Numbered from the stretch's first letter, positions 47,523-56,176 are shown. The stretch: 64,000 bases of DNA from Chloroflexota bacterium (GCA_018969115.1 JAGWYZ010000001.1:304-64303), one strand, 5' to 3'. Numbers and translations are program-made. Notes: a model not told the origin generated them from the letters alone.

Positions 47523-49180
47523 ACACCCCCCTTTCTCAGCACGAACGCAAAATTGCATTGCGCCAAATGGCGCAAGATGGCCTTGAAGTTTTGGTGATCG
47601 GTGGTGGTATCACCGGCAGTGGGGTGGTGCTTGAGGCAATGGCACGTGGTTACCGCGCTGGCCTGATCGAAAAAGCTGATTTTTGTAGTGGAACCAGCAG
47701 CAAAAGCACGAAATTGGCACACGGCGGTATTCGTTATTTGGCTCATTTTGATTTTGCACTGGTTTACGAAGGCCTGATTGAACGAGGCCGTATGATTCGC
47801 AATGCACCGCATTTGGTCAAACCGTTAGGGTTTGTGTTGCCTTTGTATAAAGAAAACAAACGCCCAATGGATGTACCTTTTGTGCCACCGGGCGGCATTG
47901 GCTTAAGTTGGATCATGCAAGCTGGCTTAGCACTTTATGATGTGATGTCGGGACGGCTGGGCATTAAGATGCATCGACGTATTAGCACTAAAAATGCATT
48001 AACATTGGCCCCATGTCTTAAAACCGAGGGGTTAAATAGCTCGTTTATTTACTATGATGGGCAAACCGACGACACCCTGCTCACCATGACAGTGTTGCGC
48101 ACCGCCGCCCAACATGGGGCGCTGTTGGCCAATTATGCCGAGCTAATTGGGTTTGAGCAAACTGAAAATGGAGCGATTAAAGCCGCGCTGGTGCGCGACA
48201 CAATCAATAACGACGAATATCGTATTCCGGTTGGCACAGTTATTAACGCAGCGGGTGTGTTTGCTGGGCGCGTTGAATCGATGGCAGGTACCTCAAAAAT
48301 TAGCATCAAACCTGCCAAAGGGGTGCATTTAACCGTGCCGCGTGAAGCTGTAAAACTGGATGAATATGCGGTCGTATTACCCGAAACACCTGATGGCCGC
48401 TTGTTATTTATGGTTCCTTGGAATACTCGCGTCACCATCGGCACGACTGACACCAAAGGCGGCGATATCGATCAGCCCCTCGCCAACCATGACGATATCG
48501 ATTATTTGTTGCGCACTACCAATCTTTATATGCGCACACGCCTGACCCGCGACGATATTATTAGCAGTTGGGCCGGGTATCGCCCACTCATCAGCCCTGC
48601 CAATGGCGGCAACGGTGACACCTCAAAACTATCGCGCACGCATGTGGTGATGGACGGGCCGGGTGGCATGGTGACGATTGTAGGAGGGAAATTAACCACC
48701 TATCGGCGTATGGCCGAAGACACCCTTGACCATGTTGCAAAACGCAGTGGCAAGGCCATTACACACCCCACCCAAAATATGCCGTTAGATGGGGCGGTAG
48801 GGTCGCAAGCTGCAAATGCTGCAATTGATGCCGCGGCCCAGCCTTATGATTGGAACACAGATGTGGTGAAACGCCTAAAACAATATGGTAGCGAAGCCCA
48901 TAAATTATTGACATTGTGTGCCGAAGATGTAGCATTGGCGCAACCGATTGTGCCAGATTTACCTTACATCATGGCCGAGGTGGTTTATGCGTGTCGTTAT
49001 GAAATGGCGATGCAACTCGATGACATGATCACGCGGCGGCTACACCTCAATTTTGAAGATTGGTCACGCGGGATTAAGCCATCACCGGCTATCGCCCAAG
49101 TGATGGCCGGTGAATTGGGCTGGTCAATCTCAGAAACTGCCGCCCAAGTGGCGGGTTATGCCGTCGTTAGTAGACAGTAA
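47519..49180 (+). CDS. glpD: FAD-dependent glycerol-3-phosphate dehydrogenase
   Basis: VLVIGGGITGSGV. ATGA overlap with the upstream gene. Confidence 0.85.
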   Translation: MNTPLSQHERKIALRQMAQDGLEVLVIGGGITGSGVVLEAMARGYRAGLIEKADFCSGTSSKSTKLAHGGIRYLAHFDFALVYEGLIERGRMIRNAPHLVKPLGFVLPLYKENKRPMDVPFVPPGGIGLSWIMQAGLALYDVMSGRLGIKMHRRISTKNALTLAPCLKTEGLNSSFIYYDGQTDDTLLTMTVLRTAAQHGALLANYAELIGFEQTENGAIKAALVRDTINNDEYRIPVGTVINAAGVFAGRVESMAGTSKISIKPAKGVHLTVPREAVKLDEYAVVLPETPDGRLLFMVPWNTRVTIGTTDTKGGDIDQPLANHDDIDYLLRTTNLYMRTRLTRDDIISSWAGYRPLISPANGGNGDTSKLSRTHVVMDGPGGMVTIVGGKLTTYRRMAEDTLDHVAKRSGKAITHPTQNMPLDGAVGSQAANAAIDAAAQPYDWNTDVVKRLKQYGSEAHKLLTLCAEDVALAQPIVPDLPYIMAEVVYACRYEMAMQLDDMITRRLHLNFEDWSRGIKPSPAIAQVMAGELGWSISETAAQVAGYAVVSRQ

Positions 49181-49215
49181 TGAGTCGTCAATCATCAGAC
49201 GACCTTCTCATCTAA

Positions 49216-49236
49216 CGACTGACGACTGACAACTCA
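49216..49236 (+). repeat. CGACTGA heptamer array abutting the next start codon
   Basis: CGACTGA CGACTGA CAACTCA, then 5 nt, then the ATG at 49242. Partner AGTCGTC at 49183-49189. Confidence 0.7.
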
Positions 49237-49241
49237 CCCCT

Positions 49242-49790
49242 ATGAAAACCTCTGTTTTTATCGCCACCAGTCTCGATGGCTATATCGCTCGAAACGACGG
49301 CGCCATTGATTGGTTAAATGCCGCCAACGAAATGGCCCCACCCGACGAAGATTGCGGGTATGCTGCATTTATGTCAACTATCGATGTCATCATTATGGGG
49401 CGCAACACCTTTGAATTGGTATTGAGCTTTGGCGGCTGGCATTATGGCGACAAACGTTTGATTGTGTTGAGCCGCAAGCCCTATGCCATTCCAGTGCATA
49501 TGCCAAAGACAGTCACGGCCTCGTCAGAATCGCCTGCAGCGTTGTTGCAACGCTTGTCTGCCGAGGGTGCAATCCATGCCTATGTTGATGGAGGGCTTAC
49601 CATTCAAAGCTTTTTGCAGGCTGGGTTAGTTACTGACATCACGATCACGCTCATCCCTGTGATTTTGGGTGAAGGCAAGCCCTTGTTTGGCCCCGTTGCC
49701 GCCGATGTGCATCTACGCTCAATTTCAAGCCATCGTTACGATTTTGGTTTTGTACAAATAAAATATGCTGTTGTGTCACCTTTTCGATAA
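49242..49790 (+). CDS. Dihydrofolate-reductase-family protein (RibD C-terminal domain)
   Basis: VFIATSLDGYIARNDGAIDWL, IIMGRNTF. Confidence 0.75.
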   Translation: MKTSVFIATSLDGYIARNDGAIDWLNAANEMAPPDEDCGYAAFMSTIDVIIMGRNTFELVLSFGGWHYGDKRLIVLSRKPYAIPVHMPKTVTASSESPAALLQRLSAEGAIHAYVDGGLTIQSFLQAGLVTDITITLIPVILGEGKPLFGPVAADVHLRSISSHRYDFGFVQIKYAVVSPFR

Positions 49791-49927
49791 ACAGTGGGAA
49801 TTAAAACAAATTTTCGCCGAACTCACTATTACCCACGTTTAAAGAGGGCAAAGCCCTCTTTAAACGTGGGTAATAGTGAGTTCGGCATTACATCTTTTGG
49901 GGATGCCCCCCATTGTTGAAAAGAAAC
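49776..49927 (-). repeat. Family-1 MITE-like element (reverse orientation)
   Basis: Core 49816-49886 has 34/34 complementary arms around AAA. The end overlaps the last codons and stop codon of the preceding CDS. Confidence 0.8.
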
Positions 49928-49952
49928 TTGATTTCTTTACGATATCTCAATT

Positions 49953-50945
49953 ATGACCTATTCACCCTCAGAAACCCGTTACCAAACCATGCGCTATAAC
50001 CGTTGTGGCAACAGCGGGGTTAAATTGCCCGCCGTTTCACTCGGATTGTGGCACAATTTTGGCGGAGTCGATGTGTATGAAAATGCTCGTGCCATTGTGC
50101 TCCATGCCTTCGATTTAGGCATCACCCATTTTGATCTTGCAAATAACTATGGCCCACCGCCCGGCTCTGCCGAAGAAAATTTTGGGCGCATGTTGCACAC
50201 CGATTTATTGCCGCACCGCGACGAATTGATTATTTCGAGCAAAGCCGGTTATGGCATGTGGCCCGGCCCATATGGCGATTGGGGTTCGCGCAAATATTTG
50301 GTTGCCAGCGTTGACCAAAGCCTAAAGCGCATGGGGCTTGATTATGTTGATATTTTTTATCACCATCGGCCCGACCCCGATACCCCACTTGAAGAGACGA
50401 TGGGGGCACTCGATTACATTGTGCGCAGCGGGCGGGCACTTTATGCTGGCATTTCAAATTACCCAGCCGATCAGGCCCGCCAAGCCGCCCAAATTTTGCG
50501 CAAACTCGGCACGCCCTGCCTCATTCACCAGCCCAAATATCATATGTTTGAGCGTTGGATCGAAAATGGCTTGCTTGCGGCTTTGAACGATGAGGGGGTA
50601 GGCTGTATTGCATTTTCACCCCTCGCCCAAGGGTTGCTCACCGACCGCTATCTCAACGGTATCCCTAGCGATTCACGTGCCAACAAATCGCACGGCTTTT
50701 TAAAGCCCACTGCCATTACCGATGACAAAATGGCAAAAGTGCGCCGACTTCATGATATGGCGCAAGCACGTGGGCAAACTTTGGCACAGATGGCGTTGGC
50801 GTGGATATTGCGTCATCCCATCATGACCTCGGTATTAATCGGAGCCAGCAAAATATCACAGGTCAATGATGCCGTAGGCGCTTTAGATCATTCGCTATTT
50901 TCAAAAACCGAGTTGCAAGCGATTGAGACGATTTTACAATCATAG
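49953..50945 (+). CDS. Aldo/keto reductase (YghZ/Tas-like)
   Basis: GITHFDLANNYG, YVDIFYHHRPD, typical 330 aa. Confidence 0.85.
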   Translation: MTYSPSETRYQTMRYNRCGNSGVKLPAVSLGLWHNFGGVDVYENARAIVLHAFDLGITHFDLANNYGPPPGSAEENFGRMLHTDLLPHRDELIISSKAGYGMWPGPYGDWGSRKYLVASVDQSLKRMGLDYVDIFYHHRPDPDTPLEETMGALDYIVRSGRALYAGISNYPADQARQAAQILRKLGTPCLIHQPKYHMFERWIENGLLAALNDEGVGCIAFSPLAQGLLTDRYLNGIPSDSRANKSHGFLKPTAITDDKMAKVRRLHDMAQARGQTLAQMALAWILRHPIMTSVLIGASKISQVNDAVGALDHSLFSKTELQAIETILQS

Positions 50946-50981
50946 TCACCGCTGCCGATCTTATAGACATCAGCCTAGCAC

Positions 50982-51090
50982 GGAGATTAAAATCCCGCGC
51001 TGGGCATACGAAGCCTACCTTCGCAGGCTAAAAATTTAGACCGTGAAGGCGGTCTTTGTGTGCCCAGCGCGCTATTTTTAATGGCTGCGG
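50982..51090. repeat. Family-2 multi-hairpin element (copy 2, most complete)
   Basis: Outer stem GCGCTGGGCA (50997-51006) / TGCCCAGCGC (51061-51070). Inner hairpins AGCCT..AGGCT and AGACCG..CGGTCT. ATTAAAAT / ATTTTTAAT at the ends. Confidence 0.7.
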
Positions 51091-51159
51091 TATCGATAAG
51101 GATACTGCGTTTAATTTGTTTGTCTATTACTATTACGCAAAGTGAAATTGCCTGTCCCT

Positions 51160-51798
51160 ATGAAAATTTTAGCCGTGAGTGATGAAGTTGTCGATTGGAT
51201 TTATAGCCCATCATTAACCCAGCGTTGCAGTAAGATTGATTTGATCATCAGTTGCGGTGATCTGCCCATTTACTATCTCGAATTTATCGCCTCAGCCCTC
51301 AATGTGCCAGCCTTGCTGGTGCACGGCAACCATGATACGCACGAGGTTGGGCAACATGGGGTGATTAAAAATGAGGCCGCCGGTTGGCTTGATTTAGATA
51401 AACAGCGGGTGCGGGCCGAGTCGAATGGCAAACATATCACGGTGGCTGGTTTACAGGGTTGCGTGCGTTATCGCCCGCATGAAATGTATCAATATAGCCA
51501 AAATGAGCAGTTTTGGCGGGCATTGTGGTTAGCGCGGCATTTGTGGCTACCCTATAAAAAAAATGGTCGCGGAGTTGATTTAATGGTGACCCATGCGCCA
51601 CCTTATGGCATTCAAGACGGCGTTGACCGTGCCCACATCGGCTTCAAGGCATTTAATTGGCTGATCAATCGTTTTCGCCCCAAGTTTTTTTTACATGGGC
51701 ATCAACACCGCAATTATTCATCTGGCAGCGCCACCGAGACCTTGGTTGGCGACACATGGGTGCTCAATTGCCACCCTTGGCGAATGATTGAGGTTTAA
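51160..51798 (+). CDS. Metallophosphoesterase
   Basis: ILAVSDE, CGDL, VHGNHD, GHQH. ATG at 51160 preferred over the GTG at 51142. Confidence 0.75.
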   Translation: MKILAVSDEVVDWIYSPSLTQRCSKIDLIISCGDLPIYYLEFIASALNVPALLVHGNHDTHEVGQHGVIKNEAAGWLDLDKQRVRAESNGKHITVAGLQGCVRYRPHEMYQYSQNEQFWRALWLARHLWLPYKKNGRGVDLMVTHAPPYGIQDGVDRAHIGFKAFNWLINRFRPKFFLHGHQHRNYSSGSATETLVGDTWVLNCHPWRMIEV

Positions 51799-51871
51799 AA
51801 GCAGTTTGTCTGCGCAGGATTTTGCCCCAAATAACGATTAATATATGATCAATGTAAGATGAGGGTTATAG

Positions 51872-52025
51872 ACATCATCTCAATAATTCGGGGTAAACCC
51901 CAAAGATGTAATGCCAAACGCACTATATGACCATTGAAGTTAAGGGCAAAGCCTCTAACTTCAATGGTCATATAGTGCGTTTGGCGAAAAATAGTTTTAT
52001 TTCCCCCGATTTTTTGAGATCATAC
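51872..52025 (+). repeat. Family-1 MITE-like element flanked by GTTATAG direct repeats
   Basis: GTTATAG at 51865-51871 and 52026-52032. Core 51913-51985 has 30/30 complementary arms. Confidence 0.8.
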
Positions 52026-52104
52026 GTTATAGCCTATAAATTGATGGCTATATCAATTAAACGGACAATACTTTTTTTCGTAAGTTGTCAGTTTAAACGA
52101 TAAG

Positions 52105-52176
52105 GCCGAACACACTATCCCTGCATATTTGGAGCGGCTTTGTTCGCTCCAAATATGCAGAGATAGTGTATTCGGC
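52105..52176. repeat. Family-1 core palindrome (solo), 80 bp downstream of the previous copy
   Basis: CCGAACACACTATCCCTGCATATTTGGAGCG arms, 29/31 complementary. Confidence 0.75.
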
Positions 52177-52185
52177 AAAAACAAT

Positions 52186-52245
52186 TTACCCACCTGACCA
52201 GTTGCCCATTACCCACCTGACCAGTTTGCGATTAACCATTCCCCA
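52186..52245 (+). promoter_or_regulatory. 23-bp-period direct repeats upstream of the DHOD-like/hox operon (candidate regulator sites)
   Basis: TTACCCACCTGACCAGTT at 52186-52203 and 52209-52226 (18/18). Degenerate third copy TTAACCATTCCCCAC at 52232. Confidence 0.35.
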
Positions 52246-52283
52246 CTTGCATATGCCACATATTCTCACTAGGCTTGGGGCAT

Positions 52284-53327
52284 ATGAACCTCACTACCCA
52301 ATACCTGGGGTTACCCCTAAAAAACCCCATCGTTGCCTCTGCTTCGCCGCTGTCGCGCACTGTTGGTAGTATCGAGCAATTGGCGACTGCCGGGGCAAGC
52401 GCCATTGTCTTATACTCGTTATTCGAGGAACAATTGGCGAATAAGGCCACGCCTTACGCACAACATCAAGAATTTAGCCACGAACCGCGAATGCGTGCCC
52501 GTGCGGCTTTTAGTGCGCCCAGTTATAGCGCTGACCCTGATGATTATTTTACGCTGATCGCCCGCGCCAAACAGGCCGTCGATATCCCCATCATCGCTAG
52601 TTTAAATGGCATTACCCCCGGGGCATGGGTAAAAAATGCCCGCCAAATACAAGAGGCTGGGGCCGATGCGCTTGAGTTAAATGTTTATTACATCCCTGTC
52701 AACCGCACCATCAGCAGCGCCGAGGTCGAAGACCGTTATGTGACACTGTTGAAGCAGGTTAAAGAGGTCATCGATATCCCCATCGCCATGAAACTCAGCC
52801 CATTTTTTAGCGCATTGCCCAATTTTGCCCAAAGGCTGGCCGAGGCTGGCGCACAAGGCTTGGTGATGTTTAACCGCTACTATCAACCCGATATCGAAAT
52901 TGATGAGACCGATGTTGCACCGCGTATACGCCTAAGTGATTCTGGTGAAATGCAGCTGCCGTTACGCTGGGTGTCATTGTTATATGGGCGGGTTGATAGC
53001 GATTTTGCCATTAGCACTGGTGTGCACACCTATAAAGATGTGTTGAAGGGGGTGATGGCTGGTGCTAAAGCAACTATGATGGCATCGGCGCTGTTGCAAA
53101 ATGGGGCAGAGCACATTAGCAAGGTGTTGCAAGAAATGCTACAATGGTTGGATAGGCGCGGTTATGAATCGGTTTATCAGATTCAGGGCAACCTGAGCCA
53201 CATCACCACATTTAACCCCGACCAAATGGCGCGCACCGACTATATGCAGATGCTTGATTCGTGGGGCCAAGTGACCGTCAATTGGGAATTAACCAATTCG
53301 AGTGGAATGCGATCGAAACAGGAATAG
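52284..53327 (+). CDS. Dihydroorotate-dehydrogenase-like FMN protein (probably not a true PyrD)
   Basis: TIM-barrel DHOD fold motifs (AMKLSP, MFNR, STGV). The catalytic-loop position reads ELNVYYIPVN, so the class-1 catalytic Cys is absent. Stop codon 3 nt before hoxE. Confidence 0.7.
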   Translation: MNLTTQYLGLPLKNPIVASASPLSRTVGSIEQLATAGASAIVLYSLFEEQLANKATPYAQHQEFSHEPRMRARAAFSAPSYSADPDDYFTLIARAKQAVDIPIIASLNGITPGAWVKNARQIQEAGADALELNVYYIPVNRTISSAEVEDRYVTLLKQVKEVIDIPIAMKLSPFFSALPNFAQRLAEAGAQGLVMFNRYYQPDIEIDETDVAPRIRLSDSGEMQLPLRWVSLLYGRVDSDFAISTGVHTYKDVLKGVMAGAKATMMASALLQNGAEHISKVLQEMLQWLDRRGYESVYQIQGNLSHITTFNPDQMARTDYMQMLDSWGQVTVNWELTNSSGMRSKQE

Positions 53328-53330
53328 GGT

Positions 53331-53807
53331 ATGACTACGGTAAAAACAGACACCCGCTATAAACTGGTTGAGGCCACCTTGCGACGGCATGGCTACAGCG
53401 CCAATGCCCTCATCGAAGGGTTACACACCGTGCAAGAGGCTTGGGGTTATTTAGACCCCGATGTATTGCGTTGGCTGGCCCGCACCCTTAAATTGCCCAT
53501 GAGCAAAGTGTATGGGGTGGCGACGTTTTACAACCGATTTGTGTTAAAACCTCAAGGTGAGCATAGCTGTGTGGTGTGTCTTGGCACGGCTTGTTATATC
53601 AAAGGTGCGCTTAACACACTCAAAAAAATTGAGCATGATCTGCATTTAACCCCGGGCATGACCACCGCCGATCAGCGGGTGTCGTTGCTTAAAGCACGGT
53701 GTATGGGGTCGTGTGGGCTAGCGCCGGTGGTGGTGATGGATGGCGCATTGGTGGGCAAAGTATCACCCGAACAAGTGACAGAACGTCTACAGGAGTGGCT
53801 AGCATGA
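53331..53807 (+). CDS. hoxE: Bidirectional hydrogenase diaphorase subunit HoxE (NuoE-like 2Fe-2S)
   Basis: CLGTACYIKG and CMGSCGLAP cluster ligands. Confidence 0.85.
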   Translation: MTTVKTDTRYKLVEATLRRHGYSANALIEGLHTVQEAWGYLDPDVLRWLARTLKLPMSKVYGVATFYNRFVLKPQGEHSCVVCLGTACYIKGALNTLKKIEHDLHLTPGMTTADQRVSLLKARCMGSCGLAPVVVMDGALVGKVSPEQVTERLQEWLA

Positions 53808-55468
53808 TGCAAGATGAAGTTGCCACATTACTAGAAAAAACCGCCTCAACCGAGCGAATGGCACAATCGCGCTATTCACAACACATACAGGTGTGTATGG
53901 GCACGGCTTGTATGGCGCTAAACAGCGAACAAGTGAAAACTGCGCTTGAACATGCGGTGATTGAAAATGGCATACAAAAGCAATGCCAAGTGCAACGGGT
54001 GGGTTGCCCGGGCTTATGTTCATTGGGGCCGATGCTGCGTGTGATCGACAAAACCATCACGTCTGAGGCCAACGAACCCCGTGAGACACTCTATCAGCAA
54101 ATAACACCCAAAGTCGCGCCAGCAATCATAACGAGCCTGACCCCGGCCGCGCAGCCAACTTCGGCGCTTGATGTCCATCGGTGTGAGGTGGCCGACACAT
54201 TTTTTAAGCGCCAAGTAAAAGTGGTGCTTGAGCATTGCAGTCACATCGACCCAGAGCGTATCGAAGATTATATTGCCCATGGCGGCTATCGCGCCATTCA
54301 AAGCGTATTGACTAAATGGACACCCCAGCGCGTGATTGACAGCATTACCAAGGCTGGGTTGCGCGGGCGCGGCGGGGCGGGCTACCCAACCGGCCTGAAA
54401 TGGGCGACGGTTGCCAAGGCCAATAGCAGCAATGGCAAAAAATATGTCATTTGTAATGGTGATGAAGGTGACCCCGGGGCCTATATGGACCGCAGTGTGA
54501 TGGAAGGCGACCCACATCGTGTGATTGAGGGGATGATGATTGCAGCCTATGCCATTGGCGCGAGCCAAGGCTATGTTTATGTGCGGGCCGAATCACCCTT
54601 GGCTACCAAACGGTTGCGCGTCGCCATTCGGCAAGCCCAGCGGGCTGGCTTGTTGGGCAACAATATCGCCGGCAGTGCCTTTCATTTTGATATTGAGCTG
54701 CGGCTGGGGGCAGGCGCATTTGTGTGCGGCGAAGAAACCGCACTCATCGCCTCGATTGAGGGTGGTCGGGGTCAGCCGCGCCCACGCCCACCCTACCCCG
54801 CCGAATCAGGCTTGTGGGGCTGCCCAACGCTCATTAATAATGTCGAAACCTTCGCCAACATTGCGCCCATTATCGATAAAGGCTGGGAGTGGTATGCCGG
54901 GATCGGCACAGCCAAAAGCAAAGGCACAAAAGTCTTTGCGCTGACCGGTCAAGTCAAAACATCGGGGCTGATCGAAGTGCCGATGGGCATCACCCTGCGC
55001 GAAATTGTGTTTGACATCGCGGGGGGCATTCCCAACAATCGCCAATTTAAGGCGGTTCAAACCGGTGGGCCATCGGGCGGCTGCATCCCCGAAAAATTTC
55101 TGGATATGCCAGTGGATTATGAGTCGCTAGCCAAAGTTGGCTCGATTATGGGGTCGGGTGGCATGATTGTGATGGACGACAGCACCAACATGATCGAAGT
55201 GGCACGCTTTTTTATGGAGTTTTGTATGGATGAGTCGTGTGGCAAATGTGTGCCTTGTCGGGTTGGCACGGTGCAATTGCATCGGCTGCTTGGCAAATTT
55301 GTCGATAAAACCGCTACCCCTGCCGACCTGATCAAACTAGAAGGGTTGTGTAAATTGGTGAAACACACCAGTTTATGTGGCCTAGGCCAAGCTGCACCCA
55401 ACCCTGTCATTAGCACACTCAATTATTTTCGTGAGGAATATGAACAATGTCTAAAACCCTCACCCTAA
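53804..55468 (+). CDS. hoxF: Diaphorase subunit HoxF (NuoF-like, NAD/FMN/4Fe-4S)
   Basis: GRGGAGYPTGLKW, ESCGKCVPCR, N-terminal thioredoxin-like 2Fe-2S domain. ATGA overlap with hoxE. Confidence 0.9.
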   Translation: MMQDEVATLLEKTASTERMAQSRYSQHIQVCMGTACMALNSEQVKTALEHAVIENGIQKQCQVQRVGCPGLCSLGPMLRVIDKTITSEANEPRETLYQQITPKVAPAIITSLTPAAQPTSALDVHRCEVADTFFKRQVKVVLEHCSHIDPERIEDYIAHGGYRAIQSVLTKWTPQRVIDSITKAGLRGRGGAGYPTGLKWATVAKANSSNGKKYVICNGDEGDPGAYMDRSVMEGDPHRVIEGMMIAAYAIGASQGYVYVRAESPLATKRLRVAIRQAQRAGLLGNNIAGSAFHFDIELRLGAGAFVCGEETALIASIEGGRGQPRPRPPYPAESGLWGCPTLINNVETFANIAPIIDKGWEWYAGIGTAKSKGTKVFALTGQVKTSGLIEVPMGITLREIVFDIAGGIPNNRQFKAVQTGGPSGGCIPEKFLDMPVDYESLAKVGSIMGSGGMIVMDDSTNMIEVARFFMEFCMDESCGKCVPCRVGTVQLHRLLGKFVDKTATPADLIKLEGLCKLVKHTSLCGLGQAAPNPVISTLNYFREEYEQCLKPSP

Positions 55469-56157
55469 ATGGGCAAATGATTAGCGCCCGCGAGGGCGAA
55501 AGCATTCTTGACGCCGCGCATGATGCGGGTGTCTCAATCCCCACCTTATGCCACATGAATGGCGTGGGCGATGTTGGGGCATGTCGGATGTGTTTGGTTG
55601 AATTGGCTGGCAGCGGCAAACTTGTACCCGCCTGCACCACCAAAATTAGCGAAGGTATGGAGGTGAATAGCGACACCCCGCAATTGCACGAATATCGACG
55701 CATGTTGGTTGAGCTTATTTTCTCGGAGCGCAACCATGTATGCGCGGTGTGTGTGGCGAATGGCAATTGCGAATTGCAAGACCTCGCCATTTATGTTGGC
55801 ATGGATCACGTGCGCTACGATTATTTATACCCCGCCGAAAGTATCGATGTGTCACATCCGATGTTTGGCATGGATCACAATCGCTGTATTTTGTGTACAC
55901 GCTGTGTGCGCACCTGTGACGAAATTGAAGGGGCACATGTGTGGGATATCACCGCACGGGGGATTAAATCGCACACCATTACTGGGCTGGCCGAGCCATG
56001 GGGTGAGGTGAATACTTGCACCAATTGTGGCAAATGTGTGATGGCGTGCCCGACTGGCGCTATTTTTAAATTGGGCGCAACGGTGGCCGAGATGGAGAAA
56101 GACCGCGAAAAATTAGCTTTTCTCAAAAACGCCCGCGAGCGCCGTGAGTGGGTTTGA
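55447..56157 (+). CDS. hoxU: Diaphorase subunit HoxU (NuoG N-terminal-like Fe-S protein)
   Basis: [33 protein letters not shown]. Confidence 0.9.
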   Translation: MSKTLTLNGQMISAREGESILDAAHDAGVSIPTLCHMNGVGDVGACRMCLVELAGSGKLVPACTTKISEGMEVNSDTPQLHEYRRMLVELIFSERNHVCAVCVANGNCELQDLAIYVGMDHVRYDYLYPAESIDVSHPMFGMDHNRCILCTRCVRTCDEIEGAHVWDITARGIKSHTITGLAEPWGEVNTCTNCGKCVMACPTGAIFKLGATVAEMEKDREKLAFLKNARERREWV

Positions 56158-56176
56158 GGGGAGAAGTGGCGAAAAA

